Assembly: GCF_006345805.1 (NCBI RefSeq)
Contig: NC_043000.1
Coordinates: 53,568,001 to 53,632,000 of the forward strand
Direction of reading: 5' to 3'
DNA: 64,000 nucleotides
Origin: Octopus sinensis
Lineage: Eukaryota
Positions within the stretch are counted from its first letter, which is position 1. The number at the start of each line of letters is the position of its first letter. Shown piece by piece: positions 51,836-64,000 of the stretch. The notes beneath the pieces were generated by a model. It ran no database searches. It was not told the DNA's origin and saw nothing but the letters and a program-made list of their open reading frames with translations. Position numbers and translations under genes: made by a program.

Positions 51836-52200
51836 AAAACAAGGAAAATAGGTTCCTCTTATAAGGATGAAAACGTCCAATGTTTCACTGGCTTAAATAT
51901 TTACTACCCAGTTTAGGTGAGAAAAGCTTAACAATTCACATGGGTATATACTGAATTTATAAAAATGAAAAGAAATTGCAGATATACAATTGTCAATCCA
52001 AAACTTAAAATTTATTAACACGATGTTACATTATATTCACATAATAATATAATATATTATAACGAACCATAAATATTAAATGCAAATTACATATTATTTT
52101 TTCGATTCTTACTCATAATAAAATTATAAAATCCATGTTTATGGGTAAGAATCTCTTCAGTGTAATGTTTGATATATATATAAATGTAAGTGCATATGGT

Positions 52201-52203
<3 letters not shown>

Positions 52204-52278
<75 letters not shown>

Positions 52279-52287
52279 CGTGTGTGT
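52204..52287. repeat. (TG)n microsatellite
   Basis: Direct reading. Confidence 0.95.
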
Positions 52288-53790
52288 TTAGCCCTAAATG
52301 GCTCTGAAACGGTGCATCCTCGAGAAAACGGAATTTGATTTTCGAATTCAAAGTTCCACTGGCAATATCATCCGCAAATAATAATAGAAAGTATAATTTC
52401 TTGCAAGAAATAAATCAACTTTTAGTTCTGCAAATCTCCCACTCTCTATCTAACACCATCAAAATATCTCTCTAACACCATCAAAATATCTCTCTATATA
52501 TATCTACTATACTGCTTGGCACTCACCCTCATGCATTGTTTTCATTTTGTTTAACATCGCGTCTTCAAATGTTTATTTTCATTTTATGACAGCTATCACG
52601 TACAAAATTCCTGCTTTCTGATGGGATAACGTTTTTCTACAATTTTTTCTGGAATAAATGATTTATAAGCTCAGATTCATCGTGAAAAAGTACATGAATA
52701 CACCAAATTTGAAAAATTTCATTTAATTTTAAAATTTCTGTGACAGTGACAAAATGATATCTCTCTCTCATTTGTCTACTTCTTTCACTTTCTCATTGCA
52801 AACGTTCTCGTTTTATATAGCTATATCGCTCACACTGAATGTGTGTGTTTATCAATGTACGTGTATGCATGTGTGTAAGTAGTTTCACTAGGGCGACAGT
52901 ATGATTTTACAAAGGTAGCAAAAGATAATTCCTTTGAAATAGTATGCTTTTCTATTAGTAAATAAGTTTTTTTTCTTATACGCACATGAACTCGCTTGTT
53001 GTAAGGTGGGACTTAAGATTGAAATAAAAAAAAATTTTGTTGATGTTGCTTTATATCCCAGAAATGGACCACTGCATCATCATTGTATAACATCAATATA
53101 TATCACAGTAACAAAGAAACGAAGTAGGTACCAGGTGGTCATGAGATGTGCTAGAAACAACAGCTAAATATTTAAATCACACACCTTTTCGTCTGAAAAT
53201 TAGTTTGAAATCATAAACAGAAACTAATTGCAGATTCGGAGAGTCCATATTTTAAAACTGTGATTAAAAAAAAAAAGGTAATAGAAAGGAAGCTGAAATT
53301 TTAAGATTTATGAGCGTGAAGAGGCGGATAATGATAAAATAAAAAAAAAATCACTGTTGTTTTTAAATTAAGTTTTATTTTCTGTTAGAAAATAGAGGAA
53401 GTAGGGATTGTAATGGTGATCGACAGTTTCTAAATTTTAAATTTTTTTTCTTTTTTTAGCCTTCAAAGATTATCCTATCGTTTTAAGTGCATAGTGCAAA
53501 AATATAGGCCAAAATCGGAATTGGCTGGGGCGAGTGCTTTGAAAAATTTCATTAATGTTAAAGTTTTGTTTTGTTTTCCTTTTTTTTTTTACCGTGAAGG
53601 CGTCCGCCATTGTTTTTAAGTGCGAGGTGCAAAAAAAAAAAGAAAAGAAAAAGAGAAGAAAAAAGAAACAAATTAAAAAATTTTCTGTCAAAACAGAAAA
53701 AATCCAAAATATGTGGTTGTGTGCTATTCCGAAAGTTCGTCAAGTTCGTCAATATTTTGAAAATTACCCAACGACGAGAAACTCGGCAAG

Positions 53791-53822
<32 letters not shown>

Positions 53823-53964
53823 TGTATGTATGTATGTATGTATGTATGTATGTATGTATGTATGTATGTATGTATGTATGTATGCATGCATGTATGTATG
53901 TATGTATATATGTAAGTATGTATGTAGGTATGTATGTATGTATGTATGTATATATATATATATA
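53791..53964. repeat. (TATG)n microsatellite
   Basis: Direct reading. Confidence 0.95.
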
Positions 53965-54210
53965 AACTGTATATCGATTTGTTTGAATGCACAAAGCTCA
54001 TTAATATTAGTGGTGATCGACAAGTCATACTGTGTTAAGGGGGGAAAAGAACAAGGGAGAAATGAAAATAGTAAGCAAAAGGGAATTTGGTTCAGTTTCT
54101 CTGATCCTTTTTCCATAGACACTTTCGCTTGTAGTGGTATGTTTTGGGATCAGCTGTATTTATAATTTTTTCCACGAGCGGAACTGATTTTTGATTCGTT
54201 AAAATATTGG

Positions 54211-54557
54211 TAACGCCTTGTTTTCTGGTGGTCAAGCTTGTCGTTCTGCCTGGTTGGCTTCCTCGAGGAGACGGTCATCAGTCGTTCCGGTTCGTTGGTT
54301 CTCTTAAAGGGTAATGTCGTTGTATTTGCTGAAATTCGGTTGTGGCTGGTCTGGATTAAGTGATGTCAGCAACTCGTGTTTGTAAAATATCTTTGGTCTA
54401 GACGTCACCTAATTCCAGACCAATCAAAACCGAATCTCAGGAAATACAACGAAATGACCCTTTAAGAGAATCAACGAATCGGAACGACTGATGACCGGCT
54501 CCACAGGGAAGCCAACCAGGCAGAACGACAAGCTTGACCTCCGGGAAGCAAAACGTT
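54211..54557. repeat. Inverted repeat with ~155 bp arms and a ~33 bp loop
   Basis: 54211-54367 resembles the reverse complement of 54401-54557. Confidence 0.85.
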
Positions 54558-54619
54558 TTCTATTCATTTTGTGTTACTTCGAAATTAGGTTGTTCCAGAC
54601 AATAATATCCATTCTGCTA

Positions 54620-55230
54620 TAGTTCATTCAGTGCTGTAAAAAAAATCACCTGAAAATCGTTGGAGCGTTCTAATTTCAGAATATAACCAGGCTGTGAGAT
54701 AGCTGTTTTACGATCCCCTAAATGTTCAATCCGTAAACATGCTTTGAAATTATCTGCTCGAACTGTCAGTATTTTACACATCGATCCCAAGTTCCAGCCA
54801 TACAAAATGATGACTGCTCAAGAATTCCATGATAATGACAAGAAAAAGTGCTTGGCGTACTGTGAGAATATCCTTCACACTGCTCCTGCAGGTACTGTTG
54901 TCTTCATCAGCGAGGAAGTCAACTTTCACGTCTGGCTACGTCAAGAAGCAAACTTTTCTCTACTGGGCGGAAAAGAAACTTAAACAGCTTCTTGAAACAC
55001 CTTTACACAGAGAACTAGTTACTGTGTTTTGTGCTGTTGCAAATTTTAGAGTGTGGATCCCTCACTTTTTTGAGGAGGGAAACCAAACTGTTCTAGTAAC
55101 ATCCAGTCGATACACGGAGATGCCAAGGAACTTTCTCGAACCAAAACTCACCAATTTTGAAAATTTGGACGCGATGTTTAACAGAATGAAGCTATCGCTC
55201 ATATATCCAAAAGGTCAATGGAGATGTCCT
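54620..55230 (+). mobile_element. Decayed rosa/DD41D-like Tc1/mariner transposase
   Basis: RSPKCSIRKHA..KFQPYKM..ISEEVNFH.SGYVKKQTFLYWAE..PLHRELVTVFCAV..PHFFEEGNQTVLVTSSRY. Frameshifted, C-terminus lost. Confidence 0.75.
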
Positions 55231-56582
55231 ACAAAATCGATTGAAAGATCTGAACTAAAATTTATATCGCTTCATGTTTGTACTACTTCCAGACTAAAAT
55301 GTCTCAGTAAATACCTAGTTGATTGCAAGCTCCACCGCTTCTTCTTAAAATGACATGTTTGATGGTCAGCAGTTTTTGCCAATATCGACTCCAAGACGGG
55401 CTGAAGATGCTATGGTTCACAGACACATGATGCACAGACACATCATTATCGGCAGAGATTCATCGACGGCGACGACCTTGGACAAATATGGTCACTGTTC
55501 CTGCGGCACGCTTCCCGCAGCAGGTTTCTTTGACGAGGTACTGGGTTTGACGAAGTGAAGACAGAGAATGGGTGGTCAGCTCGACAATGCGGTTGGTGGA
55601 AAGCTTTATCTTCGCCTTCTATACTGGGTTAATGGATAATATAAACGACAGTGGCCTGGTCATGAGTGCAACACCCTAACCTCTAAGCCATGTGCTGCCT
55701 TCATATATTATTCAGTCACAGTATTAACCAGACTATCGGATGTTGTTATACACCGCTGACCACAATGTGATTCCTCACATTATTTTAGGCTTCGACTGAT
55801 GGCACTCCACTGGTTAGGTAAGCAGGTAGGCAAGCATGCAGGTAGGCAGGCAAGTAGGCAGGCAGGCAGGCAGGCCAACATTACCACTGAATGGAACGTT
55901 GGTACATTTCAGGTTTACCTATGTACATTTGAATGAAGTGTTTTTCTCAAGAGCCCCACGCATCCCCAGTGTGGGAATCGAAACAACGATAGCCAGATTT
56001 TGATTGTAGCACCCTAACCATTGGCCATGCACTTTCATATTTTTATTTAGTAAATGGTAATAATTCTTTAAGCTACCATCATATTTTTTTCTTCGTTTTT
56101 CTGGAGAAAAACTTTTTTTTTTCTCTCCACCACAGAATTTGGGCCTGATTTAAAGCCCATATACTCAACCCTATGACATCCTGTATTCATTTATTATGCT
56201 TCCATGGTGTTTTATATTTTCTTTCTGCAATCCCTCTGATAAGCTGAAATATGGTCATTATTATCTTAACAGAATTGCAAATAGGTACTACTCAAAAACA
56301 TCTTAATGTTTCAAGTTAAAGAATTATTGCCGTTAATTCTGATAATCCTAGCTACGAATTCATAAATTAACTTGTTATCTAAAAGAGCAAAGTGACATTA
56401 GGTTTCTGTGCAAAACTGTATATCAGTATTTTACTTGTACTATTTGTTTAGTCTTTGATAATCGGATATTTTTTGTTTTTCTTTTGATGTTCATGTTTAA
56501 GGTTTTATCCGCTCTGTACTGTCTCTCTTTGTTGCCTTAGGGGCAAATAAATAAAACACCATTATCATTATTATTATTATTG

Positions 56583-56646
<64 letters not shown>

Positions 56647-57178
56647 CATTGTTATTATTATTTCATCATCATCATCATTATGTGTACGGTCGTCTTCGAG
56701 CTTGCTTAGCGAACGTTGGATATTTACCACGATTTATTTGATGAAAGTTTTGCTGTTTTATTATGTAAACAAGCCTCATTAGAAAGTGTAAAGTATGCGC
56801 CATTATCTAGGGATGCAAAACAGTGTACTTTTTGTTTTTTAGACATATAATTTTACATAAAATAGAGTTTACTAGTAATTTAAAATGGACTCTTCTGGGA
56901 TGGAGTAGGAAAGGATGATAGCAACACACAGTTACGTTAAAAACTACAAGAGAAAAAAAAGAAAAAGTAAATACAACATGTAAGATACATGATTTATACT
57001 TAAGTAAATGAAAATATATTTCTAATCGCATTAATGGTTAAGAGCAAAAGGGCACTTTTGCTTGTACAAGCATACCTCAACTTACGTCGGTAATTGTTTC
57101 CAATCGTGCCAAATGGCCAAACTCAAAAACGATGTAACACGAAAAAGTATTCAAAAGAGATATTTGCTTATAAAATAT

Positions 57179-57335
57179 AGGCGCAGGCGTGGCAAAAAGC
57201 ATACTTCCCGACTACATGTTTCAGGGTTCACTCCCATTGCGTGGCACCTTGAGTATATGTCTTCAACTATAGCCTCAGGCCAACCAAAGCCTTGTGAATA
57301 GACGGAAACTGAAAGAAGCCCGTCATGTATATATA

Positions 57336-57413
<78 letters not shown>

Positions 57414-57665
57414 TGTGTGTGTGTATGACTGTCTGTCTGTCTGTTTGTTTGTTTGTTTGTCCCCTGGCCACGGCTTGACAAGCGGTGTTCGCGTGTTTGC
57501 GTTATCGTAACATTAGCGGTTCGGGAAAAGGTATCGATAGTGTAAGTAACAGGCTTAAAAAATAAACAAATCCTGGGGTCGATGCATTCAACTAAAATTT
57601 CAAGGCAGTACCCCAGCATGGTCGCAGTCAAATGACTAAAACAAGTAAAAGATGAGATAAAGAAT
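57179..57665 (+). mobile_element. Full-length SINE inserted into an older dispersed repeat
   Basis: Head aggcgcaggcgtggc and tail ccccagcatggtcgcagtcaaatgactaaaacaagtaaaag. The flanks 57071-57178 and 57666-57890 together match 43855-44155. Confidence 0.8.
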
Positions 57666-59925
57666 TGTTTTAATAAACGGTTTGTATATATTTTCACAAG
57701 TATTTTAGTTGATTTTCCACTTCAGTATTGGTTTTTAAAGATTTTTTAAAATTATCATGCTTTTAAATGGATTCCCTGAGACCGATGTAAAGCTGAACAA
57801 ATCGATAGAAGCTGAGGTTTATTTAAATTTCACCATGTATTTTCTTTATAAGAACGACGTTATGTCGGAAAAGACGCAACTTGAAACGACATAAATTGAA
57901 GTATACGTGTATTGCCAATCAGAGAGACTCAGTATAGGTCTCTTGGAAAAGTAAAGAGCATGGGGAATTTATGCTAGAAATTTATTTGAAGAAATTGACC
58001 AAAGAACACATACAGACGCGAGTAACATGCATCTACTTTGAAGAATAGAAGGGGGCTTTCATATGCCCTGAAATGAACAGATGGAAGAAACTATGAAAAA
58101 TAAGGTGTACAATGTGTGTTCTATAGACCGGAAAAGGCTTATAAAAGCATGTGCCTTTTCTCTAAGTTTGTGGGTGAGACAAGATGATAGGCAGATATTA
58201 TGCACTTCTCATTTGCCCATGGAAAGGTGCTGAATCATTACTTTTTCTATCCAATAGGAGCACGTGATGAACAGGGATGTAACATAAAAAATAGCATGCA
58301 GTTAGATGTAGTATGTACGGACGTGCAGGGCCTGATGATCACCACTGATCATGAAGCAATTCTGGAGCGGTAACTCTGTAAGGGTAAAAAGGAAAGCTGT
58401 TTGACTGATAGTGGAGGGCAGAAAGGCTCAGTTGATAAACATTTAAACGAAAGCCAGTAAAAGGCTTTCTGCCAAGCGGACCCAGAAAAGCAGAGGAAGA
58501 AGAAAAATGCTGGACTGTAGCAGAAGTATCAACATCAAGCGCCGGAATCAGCTGTATGCTGCATGCGTAGCTCCAGGTGGTAAGCAATGAAATCCATGTT
58601 TCTTAGAAGATCAAACTATATTTTGTTACTCCTGATGAACCTTCTAAACAGGATATGCAAAAATCAGTAGGTTAACTGATGATCAAAAGATAGGACCACG
58701 TCAGGCTATTACTGAAAGCCACACTAATAGTTTATCATTATATATTACAAGCATTCTGACCAGATAACATAGAATAATTCTTGTGTCTAATGGGAATGAC
58801 ACTCACAGAAACCTTTGAAGGGACCAGTTTTCAGCACCAGGAATGTATTGTGGCATGGATCATGGGTACTTTGATTCATCTTCGGTAACAACTTCTCACT
58901 ATGTGTGATGGTTGGGTTAGCCTGATTTCTTTTTACTTATATTTTATTTGCATTTATGTGTACCAAAAGTTCCCAAAACAAGAGATCCTTAACTATCATC
59001 CTATCATAATAAGACTTCTAATGAAGGACAATACTGCAATATCAATACATTTTGTAAAAAAACTAACAAAACCACCACGAATAAATAACAAATTCGACCC
59101 TTTGGGAATGAAGGATAACTCAGAATGATGCCTTTTATTTTCGCTGTGTAATATATAGATATACATGTATTTGATTTTAGATTGTATTGAGGACATTTTG
59201 AGTAAATCTTAGTGAATAGATGTACTTTCTGCACTGCATTTATTCCTAGGCTACAGTCAAGGTTTTTATGGCTTGTTCTCAATCACTGGCAATTTTTATA
59301 TTTGATATTTTGTCATAATGTATAAATTTATTGAGCAATGGTAAGAGTTACTTGTCTTGGTCATGGTTGTAAAAATGAGCACAGGAAAGATGAAAGCCCA
59401 AAGATAAAAATGCAGTGCAGCTTATAAAAGTGAGCATAGTAAAATTCGACAAAACTTATGTTACTATTAAAATCAATCTGCTGCACTTTAGCTACCTTCT
59501 ATAGACAAAAGAAAATTCTCAAATTAGAGAAATTCCTGGTAAAGTGCATGAAAAGTGTGTAGTGAAATAGACAGAGCTTCTTGACCTTAGGCATACATCA
59601 AGTAACAGACAAGAAGCAAAGTAACATACACTGTCTTGCTAAAAATGCAGTGGGATTCCATATATTCACTAAAGAACAATTGAAAGAAGCTGGTCGATAT
59701 TTAGCTTAATGCCCTTTCAGTTGACAGCAGTCAGCCAAATGGAATTCTGTGATTGGTATTCAGAGCAGAGGTAATGCATTAATAGTATTGAAATAAAAGA
59801 ATTCATACCTCATACTGCTCCTAACACACACTACCTTTTGAAGCATGGGAACAGAAATCCCTCATACCTCACATCAAGTCTTATGTCTGAAGGCATGAAA
59901 CAGGATGTGTATATGTGTGTGTATG

Positions 59926-59959
<34 letters not shown>

Positions 59960-60235
59960 GGAGGGGGGATTGGAGAGGAGAGTTCATAGAAACAGAGGAA
60001 ATGAAACAGGAGTTAGGTGACATTAATATATGTCAGTTGGCTTTGTTGATAAATGTTATTCCTGCTGCAATCATTTTGTGTTTTGTGAATGAGAAACTAT
60101 GTAACCTGATAAATTAAATATTTAAGGAGAGGTATAATTTCAGAAGGTATTACTTGCTATTTCCAGCAGGTCAGCTGACAATGTTGAACACTAACGTACA
60201 TTGACCGTACTTTTCACTTTTCATTTCATCTATCA

Positions 60236-60263
60236 CTAGTAGTATAACCCGCCTTTGCCTGGG
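60236..60263 (-). mobile_element. Helitron 3' terminus (hairpin + CTAG)
   Basis: Minus strand: cccaggc-aaa-ggcggg ttatacta CTAG|T. Confidence 0.65.
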
Positions 60264-60374
60264 ATTAAGTTAGGATTATTAAGCTAGTCAAGTTCTTTAT
60301 TTCAAACCAAACTAAGTAACATAGACGTCAAATGTAGGTGCAATCCACTGAAACTGGTTTATATATATTTATAT

Positions 60375-63300
60375 TCTCTATATATATAAAACTGAAATGC
60401 GTTTTTACCGCTTGGATCACTTTCAATGCCACTACATCCCGTCCGATTCGCTCCAAAATTTACAGGGACATGTAGAATGAGGTGACGATGCTCGTGGGCT
60501 ACCTTAGAAATCCCTATCTTAAAAGGTGTGGTTGCTAGGGGCCATCTTCCTCACTCATCCTATTTCCTCCAGTACCCTCTCACTCCTCTTCATTTGACAA
60601 TGCAACTACCGTTATTTAATGTAAAGTCTTCCTCAAATCACTCTCTCGCTATTTACTCTCTTCCAAGAACATTTTCACTCACTCTATCTCTTACCTTCCT
60701 ATACATTTTACTCATGTATCTATCAGCGTTCATAGACAGTAACAAATATTACATCGCCATCCCCATCGCCATCGCATTCTATTGTCTACCTGTCAACACA
60801 CACACACACATATACATATATCTAATATTATATTTTTATGTTTTTGTTTTTTTACTGTTTCATTTCCCTATTAGTGGTTTGATCTCTAATTTAATTTCTA
60901 CAGCATGCACACACACACACACCTATATGTGGCCCCAGTAGACCCGAATGAAATCGGGTTCTCTTCATCAAAATGTGAAAAGGGGTCTAGAATTATCATC
61001 GCCACAACTTATGTTTTTCCTAATGATAATTATCATCGCCACCACCAACACACAATCATGACAATCTTTCTCTTAAAACAAATCATGTTTACATTGCAAA
61101 ATATTTCATTTTCCCGTCCTCTCTTTCATATATGTGACCCAGGTTTGGGTGGCCGCACAACTACAATTAGACAACGGCTAAAAACATTCGATGTTGATAA
61201 TGCCTGGATCGTTCCATTCAACCCTTTGCTTTCTAAAACATTTAATGCACACATTAATGTTGAGTACTGCAGTTCGGTGAGATGCATACAATACCTCTAC
61301 AAGTACATTAATAAGGGCGATGATATGGCCGTGTTTGTGCTCAGTGATGAAGACCTTAGACATGACGAAATTAAACAATTCGTTTTCGGTAGGTATGTAT
61401 CCTCCAATTATGCAGCGTGGCGCATTTTTGGATACGAGATTCTTCTAAGCTCACCATCAGTTTTCCACCAGAATGTTCATTTACAGAAGAGACAGCTGGT
61501 TTACTTCACAGAGAAAAATGCACGTCAAGTCATTGAAAATCCAAAAGGGACTACGCTTACAGCATTTTTTAAATTGTGTTCAGTTGATGAGTTCGCTGCA
61601 ACTCTCATTTACCCTGAAGTACCGGAATATTACACATACAACAACAATAATTGGAAGCGCAGGTCACATGGAACAGAACTTGACAATTGGCCCGGTGTTT
61701 CTAGGAAGAACGTCATTGTATAATATTCATCCTACCAAACAGGAAATCTTTTTGAGAATGCTATTTCATGTAGTTACTGGACCGAAGTCTTTTGCTGATC
61801 TTCGCACGGTTGATGGTATCATCTGCGCCACTTACAGGGAAGCATGTTTGAGGCGCGGACTTCTTCTCAATGACGACCACTTACACAGGACATTAGCAGA
61901 GGCCTCAAATTGTAAACTGCCATGGCAAATGCGTCGATTGTTTTGTAGCATATTAATCCACTGTAATCCCAGCAACCCTCTTAACCTTTGGGAATCGTTC
62001 AGACAGAGCCTATCAAAGGACATACAGGCTAATTTAGCGCTACGTGATGGCAACGACGATGTTTATAATGAGGCATTAATCGACATGGACAGACACATCA
62101 GACGCTATGTTATACGCGGTTTAAGTGAATTCCATCTGCCGACACCTGTCCATCATGAAGCGCCTTTGGATGTTGAATACATGTCAGAAAAAAACTACAA
62201 CATTGCCGAATTGACGGAAACAATTACGCGAGATGAACCAAGACTTTTGCCTGAACAAAGAGAGATTTATAATGAAATTATTGACAGCGTTAGATTGAAC
62301 CAAGGAAAGCTTTTCTTTTTGAATGCTCCAGGTGGTACTAGTAAAACTTTCGCTATCAATTTGATTCTCGCAAAGCTGCGCGCTGAACGTCGAATTGCCA
62401 TTGCATGTGCCTCAAGTGGTATTGCAGCGACACTGCTTCAAGGTGGCCGTACGGCACATAGTGCATTCAAATTGCCCATGGACATTGGAAAGAAAGATAA
62501 TCCTATATGTAATATAGATCGTAGTTCCTCAAGAGCAAGACTTCTTCGTGAATGCAGTCTTTTTATTTGGGATGAAGCTACAATGAGTAATAAGGCCATG
62601 TTTGAGGCTCTTGACAGAACTCTCCAAGATTTGCGTCACAATACAAAAATAATGGGTGGAGCTACGTTCTCATGGCAGGAGATTTTCGACAAACTCTTCC
62701 TGTTGTCCGAGCAGGCACTAGAGCCGATGAGGTTAATGCATGTATAAAGCATTCTTATGTGTGGCACAGTGTTATCAGTCGCCATCTTCAAACAAACATG
62801 AGAGTCCACCTACATGGTGATGTGGAGTCTGAGGCTTTCGCAAAACACCTATTAGATCTTGGTGATGGAGTTTTGCCTTTCGTTGATGATGAGCATATTC
62901 GGTTGCCTTTTGGGAATTTCGTTCCAAATGTAGAAGAACTTATAAGAGCCGTTTTACCTGACGTTGAAACCAACTTCCAGGATCTCGATTGGCTAAGAGC
63001 AAGAGCTATTCTATCGCCTCATAATACAACAGCTCATGCTACAAATAAACAAGTACTTGATATGAATCCTGGTGAGATAGTTTCTTTCATGTCCATCGAT
63101 ACAAATAAAGATGAGAATGATGCAGTCAAATATCCACCCGAGCTACTCAACAAGCTAACACCTCCGGGCCTTCCACCTCATCATTTGTGTTTGAAAGTTG
63201 GTGCTCCAATCATGGTGCTCAGAAATATGGAAACGCCTGAAATATGCAATGGAACCCGAATGGTTATTAGGAGGATTCAAAGCCATGTTATAACTGCTGA

Positions 63301-64000
63301 AATTTTGAGTGGACCATTTGTAGGAACAATCAAAATGATACATAAAATGAGTATTTCACCCTCTGATGTTCCGATTCAGTTTAAACGCTTTCAATTTCCG
63401 ATAAAACTATGCTTCGCGATGACAATCAACAGGTCACAGGGACAATCACTGGACATTGTAGGCATTAACCTGTCACAACCGGTTTAGTCATGGTCAATTG
63501 TACGTAGCCTGTTCTCGAGTTGGAAATCCACATAAACTCTTCATTCTTGGCAATCATGAGCGCACAAGGAACGTGGTTTATCAGGAGGCTCTGACAAAAG
63601 AAAACTGATTGTAAGTCATGAAATTTTGCTTGATTTTTTATTTTGCACCTCTTCATTATCTCTTCATTCTTGAACATAAAGACATTAAAAAGAACATGGT
63701 TCATAAAGAACGTTGTGTTCAGATGTTTGCAAACATTTGATCCAACTCATTCTCTTTATTCCTCATTTTCCGATTCCTTCTACGTCTCCATTAAACGGTT
63801 TTGTCAAGTTATTGTTTCTTCGCTAACATAAGACATTCATAAAGTGAATGAGTTGTTAATTACATTTTATACACTATTCCATTGTTTAGGTGGTGTCGAA
63901 AGGACTGGCATGTGTCACCATATAAACTCTCTCAGCCAAACTCCCAACTCATGAGTTCACATCGTGATACTCTTTCTACAAAACTGAGCTGGGTGTGAAT
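60375..64000 (+). mobile_element. Helitron, internally deleted; 3' end not seen in the window
   Basis: 5' TC-tatatatataaaac start typical of Helitrons, followed by the RepHel coding relic. Confidence 0.75.
61150..63608 (+). pseudogene. Helitron Rep-helicase (PIF1-like SF1B) pseudogene, N-terminally deleted, 3 frameshifts
   Basis: Rep motif III (VPFNPLL..HINVEYC..IQYLYKYINKG), Walker A APGGTSKT, IWDEATM, GDFRQTLPV, LKVGAPIMVLRN..CNGTR, QFPIKLCFAMTINRSQGQS and SHGQLYVACSRV..NVVYQEAL. Frameshifts at ~61715, ~62670 and ~63484. Confidence 0.93.

Noticed and set aside
54486-54557. CTGATGA ccgg...ccgg GAAG in the hairpin arm as a hammerhead
   Set aside because: GAAA, stem III and stem I are not consistent between the two arms.
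57890-59900. Coding-like unique stretch as a gene or pseudogene
   Set aside because: Stops in all frames and only a vague RTE-like resemblance near 59.5-59.8 kb.
60905-61149. N-terminal part of ORF 60905-61723 as Rep protein
   Set aside because: It starts in a (CA)n tract and has no Helitron motifs; a fortuitous open frame upstream of the deletion junction.

Overview
AT-rich, microsatellite-dense animal DNA, most likely an octopus (cephalopod) intronic or intergenic region. This is inferred from the recurring SINE families and was not checked by a search. No intact host protein-coding gene can be supported. The window holds many tRNA-derived SINEs, decayed Tc1/mariner-superfamily transposons (mariner DD34D, maT DD37D, rosa/DD41D-like), LINE relics (RTE, CR1-group), a Helentron-type non-autonomous element and a frameshifted Helitron Rep-helicase at the right end. 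The main hidden signal is about 10 type I hammerhead ribozyme (HHR) motifs (CUGANGA...GAAA...NUH, often with palindromic stem III loops) from several unrelated sequence families. Several lie in inverted fold-back pairs. The best example is a young, ORF-less ~1 kb element at 15157-16144. It has perfect 395 bp inverted arms, each carrying an apparently intact HHR, and a circularly permuted tandem junction, which suggests a Penelope-dependent, retrozyme-like element.
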